Shown one piece after another: positions 1 to 11,141 of a DNA stretch of 64,000 nt; positions within the stretch are counted from its first letter, which is position 1; every line of letters begins with the position of its first letter. Where the stretch lies: assembly GCA_963769935.1 (NCBI GenBank), contig CAVYNY010000020.1:288001-352000 (forward strand), given 5' to 3'. Source of the DNA: an uncultured delta proteobacterium (GTDB lineage: Bacteria; Desulfobacterota; Desulfobacteria; Desulfobacterales; JAFDCJ01). Under the pieces are notes generated by a model, which was given only the letters and a program-made list of their open reading frames with translations, was not told the DNA's origin and did not search any database. The translations under genes and the position numbers were made by a program.

Positions 1-83
1 AGTAGATGAAATCCCAACTTTGGTTAAAGTACAGATAAATAGATGAGCCGTCATGGAGCTCACCCCCTTCCAGTCAATGTGGA

Positions 84-218
84 CTATTTCAGGCCGGTTA
101 GGATAAGATAGGAGACTAACGGCGGCAGTCCCATGCCCAGGATGATGGATATGATCATTACCCAGAACAGCGAGAGCCAAAGATTGACTTTGAAAATAAA
201 GTCAATGATATTGAGCAA
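84..218 (-). pseudogene. Fragment of TRAP transporter 4TM/12TM fused permease
   Basis: Hand translation LLNIIDFIFKVNLWLSLFWVMIISIILGMGLPPLVSYLILTGLK*. The ILGMGLP..SYLI motif is typical of TAXI-type TRAP permeases. Only 44 aa remain. Confidence 0.5.
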
Positions 219-230
219 TTACATATTTTC

Positions 231-1388
231 TCATGGGGTTGCCTCCTTGCCCTTTTTTTTCAGCAAGAACCTGCTTATAATCAATTTTTGTATTTCCGTC
301 GTGCCTTCGTAGATCCTGAGCGGTCGAATCTCGCGGTAGAGCCGCTCGACGGCCGTACCTTTCATGACACCTCTTCCGCCGTGGATTTGCAGCGCCTGAT
401 CGATGATCGACCAGGCCGCCTCCGTTGCATACAGTTTGGCCATCGAAGCCGCCAGAGCCACATCCGGAGCGTTGCGGTCTTTTTTGAGGGCGGCCCGGTA
501 GACCAGCAATCGAGCGGCTTCAAGTCTGGTTGCCATTTCAGCCAATTTAAATTTTATGCCCTGCTGATCCGCGAGCGGGACTCCGAACTGAACCCGGTAG
601 GAGGCATATTCAAGAGCTTCATCCAGCGCCTTTTGCGCCATTCCGACCGCTGCGGCGCCGACGGTCATTCGCATAAGCTCAAGCGTACCCATGGCCAATT
701 TAAATCCATCCCCGATTTCTCCCACCAAATCGTCCGCCGGCACAATTGCGCGGTCCAGCGTAAAGCGGACGATGTCGTGAGCGGCCATGAGTTCCATTCT
801 GGCGGCGACCTCAAAACCGGGGGTGCCTTTCTTTATGATAAAGGCCGAGATGGCTTTCGGCTTTTCAGCCGTGGGCGTCTTGGCAAAAATTACCGCCATA
901 TCGGCGGAATAGCCATTGGAGATAAATTTTTTTACCCCATTCAGGGCATATCCTCCCGCCACAGGTGCGGCAACGGTTTCAAGACCGGAGACATCCGATC
1001 CGGCGTTGGGTTCGGTAAGGGCGAAGGTGGTGAGATAGTCGCCGGAGGCGATTTGGGGCAGGTACCGCTGTTTTTGCGCTTCATTGCCTCCCAGAACGAT
1101 GGGATAAGCGCCTAAACCCTGCATGGCGAGCGTGACGTCCGCCGGACTGTAGACGCCTGCCAGAACCTCCCGCGCCAGGCATATCCGGGTTGCACTCACA
1201 CCGGCGCCGCCATATTCCAAAGGAATTGCGTGCTTAAAAAGGCCGGCGTTCGCCATACTGCGGCGCAATTCTTCGGGGACTTCGTTTATCTCGCTATACT
1301 TTTTGGCAATTGCAGCCAGTTCGGTTGTCGCATACCGGCGGCAGGACTCCTGATAAGCGAGATCTTCAGGGCTCAACATTGTATCCAT
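231..1388 (-). CDS. Acyl-CoA dehydrogenase family protein
   Basis: FALTEPNAGSD, LNGVKKFISNG, R.QFG and IYEGTTEIQK motifs. ATG at 1388 follows GGAAGG. Confidence 0.95.
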   Translation of the reverse strand: MDTMLSPEDLAYQESCRRYATTELAAIAKKYSEINEVPEELRRSMANAGLFKHAIPLEYGGAGVSATRICLAREVLAGVYSPADVTLAMQGLGAYPIVLGGNEAQKQRYLPQIASGDYLTTFALTEPNAGSDVSGLETVAAPVAGGYALNGVKKFISNGYSADMAVIFAKTPTAEKPKAISAFIIKKGTPGFEVAARMELMAAHDIVRFTLDRAIVPADDLVGEIGDGFKLAMGTLELMRMTVGAAAVGMAQKALDEALEYASYRVQFGVPLADQQGIKFKLAEMATRLEAARLLVYRAALKKDRNAPDVALAASMAKLYATEAAWSIIDQALQIHGGRGVMKGTAVERLYREIRPLRIYEGTTEIQKLIISRFLLKKKGKEATP

Positions 1389-1809
1389 ATTACCGCCCTT
1401 CCGGTTGGGCAACGATCTTTTTTGCGGGGCCAAAAGATCACTGCTGAAAGCAGTAATTTTATTCCAATTTCAGGCAAAATTGACGGCCGTCGTTTTGAAG
1501 TGTTATCTACGACAGACCTGCGAGTGGATGAGGTTAAATCAACAGGAGCAATTGAAGTTTACCTATCGAAGGCGGATTTTATTGTCAAGGTCGATTTTTG
1601 GCCACCGGTTTTGATGGATTGGTACTTTCATCGTTTGTACCGGTTTTTGTTGACATATGGAATCCAATTATTTAAGTTAAGTTTAAAGCAGGGTGTTGAA
1701 ACTCCCTATTAATCGTCAATTTTGTCTTTCCATCTGTGAAAAAAAGCCATGAAGGCATGCCGAGGGCGGCTCTTTGTGGCTTTTGCATTCAAAGGGCAGG
1801 ATATCGACA

Positions 1810-2232
1810 ATGAAAAGAATCTGTGTCGTTGACGGCCAGGGCGGCGGCATTGGTGCAACCCTGATAAAATATCTGAAGGAAGCCTACGGCGAGTCGGTCG
1901 AGTTGATCGCGCTGGGGACCAATGCCATCGCCTCGGCCCAGATGCTGAAAGCCGGCGCCAACCGCGGGGCCTCGGGTGAAAATGCCATCGTCCATACGGT
2001 CGGCACAGCCGATCTCATTGTGGGCCCTATCTCCGTTAGCTGGGCGAATGCCATGCTGGGGGAGGTGACGCCCAAAATGGCGGAAGCGATCATGTCCTGC
2101 CCGGCGCCCAAGATCTTGCTGCCGCTGACCCAGGAACCGGTGGTGCTGATCGGCATGGTCAGCGAGCCTTTGCCGCATCTGGTCCAGCGTGCCGTCAATG
2201 AGAAGATTAAGGAGGTATTAGCTGATGTGTGA
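1810..2232 (+). CDS. DUF3842 family protein
   Basis: MKRICVVDGQGGGIG...ALGTNAIAS..MLKAGANRGASGENAI signature. Confidence 0.9.
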   Translation: MKRICVVDGQGGGIGATLIKYLKEAYGESVELIALGTNAIASAQMLKAGANRGASGENAIVHTVGTADLIVGPISVSWANAMLGEVTPKMAEAIMSCPAPKILLPLTQEPVVLIGMVSEPLPHLVQRAVNEKIKEVLADV

Positions 2233-2413
2233 GGCCAATGCTTATATTCTGCAAGACGATCAAGAGAAATTGATTTTAGAATCCGTTGACCTGATAAGAC
2301 CGCAAGAAGATAACGGTTTTCTGCTGGTCGACATTTTTGGAACGCAAAAGATAGTCAGAGGCAAGCTCAAACAGATGAATTTGGTCGATCATAAAATAAT
2401 CTTCGAAGCGTAA
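2225..2413 (+). CDS. cooT: CooT family nickel-binding protein
   Basis: MCEANAY N-terminus, DIFG and LVDHKI motifs, 62 aa, overlaps the upstream stop. Confidence 0.88.
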   Translation: MCEANAYILQDDQEKLILESVDLIRPQEDNGFLLVDIFGTQKIVRGKLKQMNLVDHKIIFEA

Positions 2414-2725
2414 AATCTGTCTTGGATCCATTTGCGGCTGGTTGAACAAACTAGTTTGCCGAGATGTCTTGCTGCGTGCCAAGATCATATCATATCAATT
2501 TTCCTATTCATCCGAATCTCCTGTTTGCGGGCCATTTGTTCCAACTCTGAAAACTTGGTCTTCTGGGCCTGATAAGAGGAGGATGGCTGTGCCTTGTACC
2601 TATGCCGTGGAGTGCTGGCCCGCCCTGGCGTGACGAACTGTTAATTTAAAGCAGATTTGTCCTTGTCAGGGGCAAAAATACCCAAAATTCGGTTTATGTA
2701 AAAGGCCCTCTGGGCCCAGGATTCT

Positions 2726-3728
2726 TTACTCTGCCGTGGGTAAGCGCGAGTCGAGCTGGCCGATTGACATCAATTCCTGTTCGATGAGGCCGCGAAAAAG
2801 AGGGATTTTATATTCGTTCTGCGCCATGGGCTCCGCGTTTTTCACAGCCGCTGCGGCGGCTTTGGCTGCGCGATCCTGATCCAGCCGGGTGCCCTTGACC
2901 ACTTTTTCCGCCTCGACCGAACGCCAGGGCACCGGCGCGGCGCCGCTGAGCACCACCCGGCAATCGGCTGCCTGATCCCCGGCGAACACGAGCGCCAGGG
3001 CCACGCCGGCCAGCGCGAAGTCCCAGGCACGACGTGCCCGGACCTTGCGGTAGGAACTGCGCAGGCCCGCCGCGGGCGGCGGCAGAACGATTTCCGTTAC
3101 GATCTCGGCAGGTTCGAGCACGGTTTCCCTTGTGTAATCCTCGGATGGCGGCAGATGGAAGTCTTCCACCGCCACGCTTCGCCGGCCATCCGGGCCGGCA
3201 ATTACAACACTCGCCTGCAGGGCGACCAGGGCCGGTGCCGTATCCGAGGGATGCACGATGAAGCAGTTTTCGCCGCCGAAGATGCAGTGGTAAGCGTTCT
3301 CGCCCTCGACGGCGTAGCACTGGTCCCCGCCCTTTCGCAGGCAATGGAATTCTCCCCGGTAGTACCAGCAGCGGGGCTTCTGGCAGAGGTTGCCGCCGAT
3401 GGTACCCTGGTTGCGCAGCTGGGGGCTCGCCACCTCGGAGGCCGCCATTGACAGCGCCCGGTACTTTGATCTGATGACCGGGTGGCGGACAACTTCCGCA
3501 ACGGTTGTCAGGGCCCCGATCCGGAGCCCGCCCGCCGGTGTTGCCTCGATGCCCTTGAGTTCCTTGAGCCCGGCGATGCTGACAACCGTGGTGACGTCAA
3601 AAACACGGTCGCGCAGGCATCCGAGCAGGTCGGTTCCGCCGGCGTGAGCCCGGGCCCCGTCCAGCGAAAGATAACGGACGGCTTCATCGAGCTGATCTCG
3701 CCCGGATATAGGAAAAGTTGGGTACCAT
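2726..3728 (-). CDS. Xanthine dehydrogenase family FAD-binding subunit (PaoB/YagS-like, with Cys-rich 4Fe-4S insertion); +1 frameshift near 3692
   Basis: AGGTDL, ASPQLRNQGTIGGNLCQKPRCWYYR, HPSD and RRAWDFAL motifs. The likely start MVPNFSYIRA (ATG 3728, RBS AGGAGG) is out of frame with the gene body. Confidence 0.9.
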
Positions 3729-3731
3729 GGC

Positions 3732-6073
3732 TTATCCCTCCTTGCTGCGCTCTGCGAGCAGCCGGCAGAGCTGAATCGGATTAATGGGCGTCCGGGTGAT
3801 GCGCACGCCCGTGGCGTGGTAGACGGCATTGGCGACGGCGGCCGCTGTGGGAATCGTGACCGGCTCGCCCAGACCCTTGGCACCCGTGGTGTTGGCTTCC
3901 GAATCATCGGGTTCGATGGGAAGGGAAGCGATATCTGCGGGCACATCCAGGGCGGTCGGCAGCTTGTAGTCGTGCCAGTTGCGGTTGACCATTTTACCGG
4001 TTTGGTTTCTGTCCAGAATTCGGGCCTCGGTCGTGGCCAGACCGATTCCCATGGTGATACCGCCGAATACCTGGTTGTCGTAGGTCAGTCGGCTCATGAC
4101 GCGGCCGCTGTCATGGGCGCCGAGGAAGCGGATAATCCGAACCTCGCCCGTACCGGTGTTCACCTCCACTTCGCAAAACTGGGCGGCAAAGGGATTGATC
4201 GCCTTATTGGCCGGATTCGGACCCCGGTAGCCGATGCCGACCAGCACCCCCTGCTTTTTGAGACCGGAGAGTTCCGTGAAGCTGATAATTTTGGACGGGT
4301 CGTTGCGCGCAACGATGCTGCCGGCTCTGAACTCCAGGCTTGCCGGATCGACCGCCAGATCGCGGGCGGCGATTTCAAGCAGCTGCTGTTTCAGACTGAT
4401 GGCGGCAGCCCGCACGGCCGGTGACTCGGTGGGGACGGTTTTGCTGCCGCCGCTCGGCGTTGCGTACTGGGTGGTGCCCGTATCGGCATTTTCGATCTGG
4501 ATGAATTCCGGTTTGATCCCCAGCTCCTCCGCCACCACCAGGGCCATGACGGTCTTGGTGCCCGTTCCGATGTCGCTGGCACCCATGTTCAGATTGACGC
4601 TGCCGTCCGCAAAGAGTTTGAGGATGATCGTGGAAGGGGGGCGGCCGGCGCCCGCGATCCAGAGACCGGCGGCCATGCCCACGCCCCTGCGGATAAATCC
4701 CAGGCTGCCGGCTGCCGGCAATCCGCTGGCGCGCCTTCTTCCAACCGAAGGCCGCGGCCCCTTTCTCGATGCAATCCCTGAGTCCGGTACTGGTGTACGG
4801 GGGCTGACCGTCTCTGGCCTGGCTGTAAAGAGGGATATTCTTCAGACGCAGGTCCACCGGATCCATGTCGATCGCCTCCGCCAGCGCATCCAGCATCTGC
4901 TCGAGGGCCCAGGTACCCTGGGGATGACCGGGCGCGCGAAAGGGTCTGGCCGGACCGGCATTGATATAGACATCCGTGCTGTTCGTGCGAACATTGGGGC
5001 ATGTATAAAGGTCCCGAACCTGCCAGTCGACCAGCGAGGTGCCGCCGGCGGGGTAGGCCCCGCCCGTGCCGATGCAGGTGAAATCCAGGGCGGTGAGGGT
5101 TCCGTCCTTTTTGATACCGGCCTTGAGCGTCATGTTGCTGGGAGGTCGATTTCCGACGGCGAGATAGGTCTCCTCCCGGCTGAGGATCATTTTCACCGGC
5201 CGGCCGGTGATTCTTGCCAGCAGGGCCGCGATGACGGTGTACTTTCCGGCCTGCAGCTTGCTGCCGAAACCGCCGCCCATGTAATGCCCGATGACGCGGA
5301 CCTTGGAAAGCGGCAGATTTAAAGTTTCGGCCACGTTTTGCTGGACCCCGATAAACCCCCTGGGTGGATTCCCAGATCGTCAGGCGGTCTGCCTCCCAGT
5401 CGGCCACGCACCCATGCAGTTCCATGGGGGTGTGGATTTCGCACTCGGTGCGGTAGCTCTCTTCGAGCACCACATCGGCTTCGGCCAACCCCTGCGCAAC
5501 ATCTCCGCGTTCGTAGGAACGCGGTGGCCCGACCCGGTTGCCGTCCTCGTGGACGGCTGGAGCGCCTTGATCCAGAGCCGCCCGTTCATCGGCTACGGCA
5601 GGCAGGACCTCATAGGCCACGTCGACGGTGCCGACCGCATCCCAGGCCAGGTAGGGTGATTCCGCGGCCACGGCGGCCACGGTCTCGCCTTCGAACCGGC
5701 AGTGGGGGTCGAAGAGTTTTGACTTGATTGTGATTCCGGAGCTCGAATAGGTCCAGGGGACGTCCGCCGCGGGGTCCAGCGCGCTGATCACGGCGTGCAC
5801 GCCGGGCATGCTTTGGGCCTTGCCGGTGTCTATTTTTTTAACCCGGGCGTGGGGATGCGGGCAGCGCAGGATGGCCCCGTAAAGCATGTTGGGCAGCGAC
5901 ACATCCGACGGATAAACCGCCGAACCGCTCACCCGCTCATAGGCGTCCACGCGGGGGACGGCTTTGCCGATGATTCGGGTGCTCTTCCAGGGTGCCGGAT
6001 TTTCACCCGGCCGCGGGGTCTCCGGGATCGGAAGCCCCTCCACATAGTAACGCTCCTTTTGCTGGTCCGTCAC
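3732..6073 (-). CDS. Xanthine dehydrogenase family molybdopterin-binding subunit (PaoC/YagR-like), split by two +1 frameshifts (~5350, ~4698)
   Basis: Three overlapping ORFs carry consecutive motifs: PRVDAYERVSG/HTPMELH, then GGGFGSK/FRAPG, then GTGTKT/GGS/KGLGEP. Confidence 0.9.
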
Positions 6074-6717
6074 GATGCACCTCCCTTTGTGCCTTTGAGT
6101 TCAGCCGCACGTCCGACCGCCTTGTAAATATTGGCATAGGCGCCGCAGCGGCAGAGGTTGCCGCTCATGGCTCTGCGAATTTCGTCCGGATTCGGGGCCG
6201 GATTGGTGCGCAGCAGTCCCTCGGCCGACATGATCTGTCCCGGGGTGCAGTAGCCGCATTGAAACGCATCATGTTCGACAAAGGCCTGCTGGACTGCACC
6301 GAGCGTTTCGGCGAGCATGAGGCCTTCGACGGTCACAATATCGGCTCCCTGCGCCTCGACCGCCAGGGTCAGGCAGGCATAGCGGGGTATGTCATCGATA
6401 AGCACGGTGCAGGCCCCGCACTCCCCCCTTTCGCAGCCGACCTTGGTCCCGGTCAGGCCGAGCTTTTCGCGCAAAACGTATAGCAGCGACCAGCGGGGTT
6501 CGACGACCAGGCTATGGCGAAGCCCGTTGATGAAAAGATTCACGCGCACGATCGTTTCGGGCTCGATGACTTCGGCCTGCGCGGTGCCGCGGCCCGTCAG
6601 CGCATCCGAAGCGGCCGCGATGGCGGCGCCACTGCCCATGGTTTTGAGAAATCTGCGGCGGGTGATCCCGCGACCGAGTCCAGGTTTATCTTCTGGACGA
6701 TCACGATCGGTTTTCAT
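6070..6717 (-). CDS. (2Fe-2S)-binding subunit with Tat signal (PaoA/YagT-like)
   Basis: TRRRFLK Tat motif, GCERGECGACTV, QCGYCTPG and NLCRCGAY. Confidence 0.93.
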   Translation of the reverse strand: MKTDRDRPEDKPGLGRGITRRRFLKTMGSGAAIAAASDALTGRGTAQAEVIEPETIVRVNLFINGLRHSLVVEPRWSLLYVLREKLGLTGTKVGCERGECGACTVLIDDIPRYACLTLAVEAQGADIVTVEGLMLAETLGAVQQAFVEHDAFQCGYCTPGQIMSAEGLLRTNPAPNPDEIRRAMSGNLCRCGAYANIYKAVGRAAELKGTKGGAS

Positions 6718-7005
6718 GGAGTTCCTCCGTAGGAATGTTGAAAGAAATAAAAGGATTGGAGCTGCGAACGGGTGAAATGAACCAGAACCGGTGTCATTGC
6801 GGGCTAGAATAAAAAAAACCTTTTCGCAAGTCAACTAGAAAAAATATTGACTGTTACTGCACGGCAAGGGAATAGGATCACCTACAAACTATCCGCTTTA
6901 CGTCCAGTGGCTGCGCTGCAATCTGAGATTTGTTTTGAATTTGAGTTTTGCGATTGATTCTTCACTCAAGCCCTTGAAGGCGGAGGGAGCATCTCAAATA
7001 TCAGA

Positions 7006-8004
7006 TCACCGATTCGCACTTATTTCTCGCAACCATATTGCAATCTCTGCGGTTTGATCGAAAGAAGTATGGGCCGGCTCGCTTTTTAACCAGGCACCGC
7101 TTGCATCCTGGATGCTTAGAAGGTAGGCGACAATGCTTTTTGAAAAATCAGTGTATTTGGCTTCCTTGGTAAGGCCGGCCACAATTGCAGCACCCCAGGC
7201 CACTTTATGGCTAAAGTGAAACGCGCGAATACTGTGATGGCAGCTCATTGCAAAATCAAGATACCTGATTGCCGTATCCAGGTTTTCCGAAGTGCCGCCG
7301 GCCATGTAAAGCTTGCCTAAAAACGCTATGGGATAGCCGATCATAAAATAGGCCTGATCGGGATCCAGGGAGCTCACTTTGTGAAAAAGCGCGGCATCCT
7401 TAGAATATTCGGTAACCAGCTGACCGCTGCCGTTCATACGAAGATAAAACCCGGAGCTTAACTCCGGCTGAATGGCAATAAATCTTTGCAGCAGGCTTCC
7501 GGCCCTTTGCGCTGTTTCGATTTCACCGAAATATAAAGATGTCAAACCCAAGTGCGCCGTGGTGAATGCATCAACGATATTGTTTGTGTTTGAATCTGCG
7601 TAGGGATGCCGAGTTGTAAACCCACCATTCTTAGGGTGATGGAATGATTTAAGATAGCGGTAGGCCGGATAAGCAATGTCAAAACATCCCATCTTTTGAG
7701 CGGCCAACGTGATCCAGCCGTTGGTATAGGGCCAGTACTCCCCAAAGGCTCCATTGGCGCTTTTTAGATCAACGGAAGTCCTAAAGTCGCCGTTGGCTTG
7801 CATAAATGTCTGTTGAATATGGGTTAAAACACGCTGAGCTTCCTCCATTCGGCCGGAAATATAAAAAAGATAGGGCGACTTGTAATAGCAGGCAAGATCA
7901 TTGACCTCAGAACCATATGAGCCGTCATCCCTGAGCTGTTGCAACAGCCAGTTGAGCGCTCTGTCTGCACTTTTCTTATAATTTCCGATTAACTGCGGAT
8001 TCAT
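7006..8004 (-). CDS. Hypothetical protein, probable (alpha/alpha)-toroid (prenyltransferase/six-hairpin-like) fold
   Basis: QW-like repeats (ALNWLLQQLRDDGSY, YLLSIQDASGAW). RBS GGAGG. Starts 10 bp after the pcp stop. Confidence 0.7.
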   Translation of the reverse strand: MNPQLIGNYKKSADRALNWLLQQLRDDGSYGSEVNDLACYYKSPYLFYISGRMEEAQRVLTHIQQTFMQANGDFRTSVDLKSANGAFGEYWPYTNGWITLAAQKMGCFDIAYPAYRYLKSFHHPKNGGFTTRHPYADSNTNNIVDAFTTAHLGLTSLYFGEIETAQRAGSLLQRFIAIQPELSSGFYLRMNGSGQLVTEYSKDAALFHKVSSLDPDQAYFMIGYPIAFLGKLYMAGGTSENLDTAIRYLDFAMSCHHSIRAFHFSHKVAWGAAIVAGLTKEAKYTDFSKSIVAYLLSIQDASGAWLKSEPAHTSFDQTAEIAIWLREISANR

Positions 8005-8014
8005 AGGACCTCCA

Positions 8015-8683
8015 CTAAATTTGGAACCGGGATAATACCGCTTCTTGAATGTCGGCATTGTTGTCTAAGATCGCTCGAATCCCGGCCAGGACACCTGCAG
8101 CGGATGTCTCAACGGACATGCTCGGCGCCCCGAGGTTTTCCTCCAGGGCTGCTGTGCTTGGAAGATAGGGAAGATGAATCCACCCTGCACGAACCTGCAG
8201 ACCCCTTGTGGCAATATGGTGCAGGATACCGTACATCAGATGGTTGCAGCAGAAAGTTCCCGGTGTATCGGAAATATCGGAAGGTATACCGGATTGCCGC
8301 ATGGCCTTTACCATGGCGCGAATCGGCAGGGTCGAATAGTAGGCGACAGGTCCGCCCGGAACCGTGGGCTGACCCTGAAGGGCTAATCCATCATTGTCGG
8401 CGAGTCGATAGCGGGTCGAATCGTTCAGGTTGTGGGCGATCCGTTCGACCGTTATAACTGCGCGCCCGCCGTACTCCCCCAGCATGACGACAACGCCCGG
8501 ATGGACTTTGTCGATTGCCGCCTGCACGACATCTATCGCTTTGAAAAAGACATTCGGAACTATTCGGCCGACAATCTTCGCGCGGTCGACGCCGGTACCG
8601 TCCAGGGCTCTGGCAACCTGCTCCGCCGGGTTTATCGGCGTGTGTCCGAAGGCCTCGAATCCCGTTAGCAGCACTGTAGTCAT
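8015..8683 (-). CDS. pcp: Pyroglutamyl-peptidase I
   Basis: LLTGFEAFG..INP. Triad Glu (TVERIA), Cys (GTFCCN), His (IHLP). Confidence 0.93.
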   Translation of the reverse strand: MTTVLLTGFEAFGHTPINPAEQVARALDGTGVDRAKIVGRIVPNVFFKAIDVVQAAIDKVHPGVVVMLGEYGGRAVITVERIAHNLNDSTRYRLADNDGLALQGQPTVPGGPVAYYSTLPIRAMVKAMRQSGIPSDISDTPGTFCCNHLMYGILHHIATRGLQVRAGWIHLPYLPSTAALEENLGAPSMSVETSAAGVLAGIRAILDNNADIQEAVLSRFQI

Positions 8684-8694
8684 TGTTCAATCCT

Positions 8695-9087
8695 TTATTT
8701 TCCCACCAGGCGACTAAGTTCCTCCATATCCAGCGTGCCGTCTTTGTCACTGTCGGCCGCGTCGAAGTCATTATTCAGGGCGTTGAGGTATTCTCGGAGG
8801 GACAAGGTCTGATCGCCGTTCCGGTCGGCCGCCTTAAAGCGCTCTGGGTTTATCGCGCCGGCCCCCTCGATTTCCGTTATCGTCAGGCTGCCGTCCTTGT
8901 CTGTGTCAATGAAGAAAAAAACTTCCGTCATCCGCTGGAGATACTCTTCGCGGTCAATGCGACCGTCGTGGTTTTTGTCCGATGTTGCCATTACTTCGGC
9001 CGCATCCATGTGGTAAATATCGGCACCGAAAGCCGCCGTTGATAGCACAGTCGATATGATTAAAAGCCATAAGGCTGCTTTTTTCAT
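8695..9087 (-). CDS. Secreted EF-hand domain protein
   Basis: Signal peptide plus four EF loops (DKNHDGRID, DTDKDGSLT, DRNGDQTLS, DSDKDGTLD). Confidence 0.88.
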   Translation of the reverse strand: MKKAALWLLIISTVLSTAAFGADIYHMDAAEVMATSDKNHDGRIDREEYLQRMTEVFFFIDTDKDGSLTITEIEGAGAINPERFKAADRNGDQTLSLREYLNALNNDFDAADSDKDGTLDMEELSRLVGK

Positions 9088-9189
9088 CGAATCGTCTCCT
9101 TTACTGGTACTGAAGTAAATGTATGATGTGAGGACCCTCCAATTCACCGCCGCAATTATAACCATGGCCGTGAATTTCCGGCAGGTACG

Positions 9190-9702
9190 TTACTTCTCAA
9201 TCTTCCAGCTGCCGTCCGGCTGGCGACAGGCCGTACCGTAGGCCTGCTGCTCCTGGCCGCTGATAGTTACGGTTTGCCGGTACTCCCGGCAATACTGGCC
9301 GCTGCTTTTCTCGAAGGTGCGAACCGGTGTGACCGTGCCGGAATGACCGCTGTCCGGGTTGTGCCAGGCGACGGCGGTGCCCGATGGTGTTTTTTCCAAA
9401 GCTTGCTGGGAGGCCTTTTGGGCTTCGCGGCGGTCGGCCGCGTCCATCCTGTCGCCGATGGCCCCGCCGATCAGGCCCCCTGCCAGGATGCCACCGACAA
9501 TACCCGCCGTGCCGCCGTGAAGTGCAGCGGCAATCAGGCCGCCGGCAGCGGCCCCGCCCAATCCCCCGATAAGTGTCTTTTTATTCTGCTCGATCCCACC
9601 GCTTTCCGGGCTGCTGGCACAGCCGCTCATTATTAAAGCGAAAAGTATCATTATCACAATGCCCGTTGTAAATGACAACGGTCTGTCGGATGTATTGATC
9701 AT
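9190..9702 (-). CDS. RT0821/Lpp0805 family (17-kDa surface antigen-like) lipoprotein
   Basis: Lipobox MSGC, glycine zipper, W.NPDSG..G and CREY...GTACRQPDGSW. Confidence 0.9.
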   Translation of the reverse strand: MINTSDRPLSFTTGIVIMILFALIMSGCASSPESGGIEQNKKTLIGGLGGAAAGGLIAAALHGGTAGIVGGILAGGLIGGAIGDRMDAADRREAQKASQQALEKTPSGTAVAWHNPDSGHSGTVTPVRTFEKSSGQYCREYRQTVTISGQEQQAYGTACRQPDGSWKIEK

Positions 9703-9800
9703 GGATAGAGTTCTCCTTTCTGCCGAGTTGGTATCTTTGGCAACAGCAAAAACGTCCTTCTTAGCCGGTGGCTTTAGTAAGATCGGCAGCCTCGGCCGCC

Positions 9801-10125
9801 TCACCCGCAGTACCGTGCACCGGCAGCAGCAACTTGTCTTTTTTTAAGAAAATACATGAGCCAGATTCCGAGTCCGATCAGAAAAACCAGTGCCATCATC
9901 CAGACTTCGTATTTTTTGGCATCGTCTAAAAATACTTCTACGCTCCGGCCGAAGAGATATCCGAGAGAACCGACGGCAACGGCCCAGGCTCCGGCACCGA
10001 TGAAATTCCAGATGATGAACCGGCCCGGGTTAAGCCCGCTGGCACCAATGATAAACGGCGTGACGGTTCTGATCCCGTAAAGGAACCGAAACCCGACAAT
10101 CACCGGAATCTGAACGTATTCAACA
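9801..10125 (-). pseudogene. DedA family protein, C-terminal half only
   Basis: GFRFLYGIRTVTPFIIGAS..F..WN..GA..W motif. The N-terminal half is absent. Confidence 0.75.
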
Positions 10126-10802
10126 TGTATTCAAGTGTCATTTGGCTCTCGTCCGCTTCAATCCTGCGGTCCGCCGCCGCCTTTCATTCCAGTAGTCGTT
10201 GGCATGAGTCGATCCCTTCACGTAGTTGCGGACGACCGCGAAATCCCGGCCAATCGCCTCCTTCAACCAGGAATCAATGAACCTATTTTTACTACTATAT
10301 GAAAAAGTTTGCTCTGGCAGGGCAGATTAGTATGAGGAGTCAAGAACCTGCATCTTGCGATCTGATGTTAAATGGACAATGGGCTAGTGAATCAAAATAT
10401 GAGAGTGTCCTTTTCTTCAGAGCAGGTTCAGACTCTGAAAAGCTCGGTAAGCTTCATAATACCACAATGTTCCTAATCCTCTACTTTGTGACCTTAATCA
10501 GCAAATAAAACATGTCAAGCATCGCGGGAGAGAAAAATATCCGATTTTAAAGATTAATTTTGACAATGTCGGATATGGTGATTATTTTAAAGGTCAATGA
10601 AATATTTCCAACGTGTATGTCTGTAAAGAACTTTGTTGGAATTAGATTTAATTCAGCAATTCATTTGCCTCTCGCCTGTCTTAGATTTCATTCCGATAAT
10701 ATCCCCATAGCGCTTGCACCGGAAAAAGCAGCATTTTCATTCGGCATGCAGTAACCAAAACGGCATCGGTATTGAACAGTTTGCCGATGCAGGGAGGGTA
10801 TT

Positions 10803-11141
10803 ATGCTTCAAAGATACGACCTCGCCAGGAATGACCAGAAAAATCGTCTTTCAATCAAGGAATTTGCTGTTATAGAGGCAAAATCACGTAAACATGATAA
10901 CTGCCAACCTATTGACAAGGATTATTCTCTTCTCCACGAGGTCTCGTACGATGGAGATATAATTCGGGCCGCTATTAAAGATGGGCAGGAGGCATTAATT
11001 TCAGAACTTCGGTCCGGTGATTTTTTTCCCATCTATCCGTGCGTAAAAATTATCGCCAAAAGTGTAACTGCTTTATTTAATGGCAACGCAGAACCGGCTT
11101 TTGAAGTTTATTTTGACGATCGAGCCGGTCTTTCCAATTAA
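10803..11141 (+). CDS. Hypothetical protein
   Basis: 112-aa ORF with RBS GGGAGG, upstream of the cold-shock gene. Confidence 0.7.
   Translation: MLQRYDLARNDQKNRLSIKEFAVIEAKSRKHDNCQPIDKDYSLLHEVSYDGDIIRAAIKDGQEALISELRSGDFFPIYPCVKIIAKSVTALFNGNAEPAFEVYFDDRAGLSN

Noticed and set aside
1490..1720. NikR-type operator upstream of DUF3842-cooT
   Set aside because: A GTGTTA half-site is present, but there is no matching TAACAC half-site
3680..5360. Selenocysteine or programmed recoding as the explanation for the split molybdoenzyme
   Set aside because: The breaks are frame changes rather than in-frame UGA codons, and they lack slippery sites
10138..10278. Short minus-strand frame IDSWLKEAIGRDFAVVRNYVKGSTHANDYWNERRRR next to the truncated dedA
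   Set aside because: Possibly a gene remnant, but I could not assign a family
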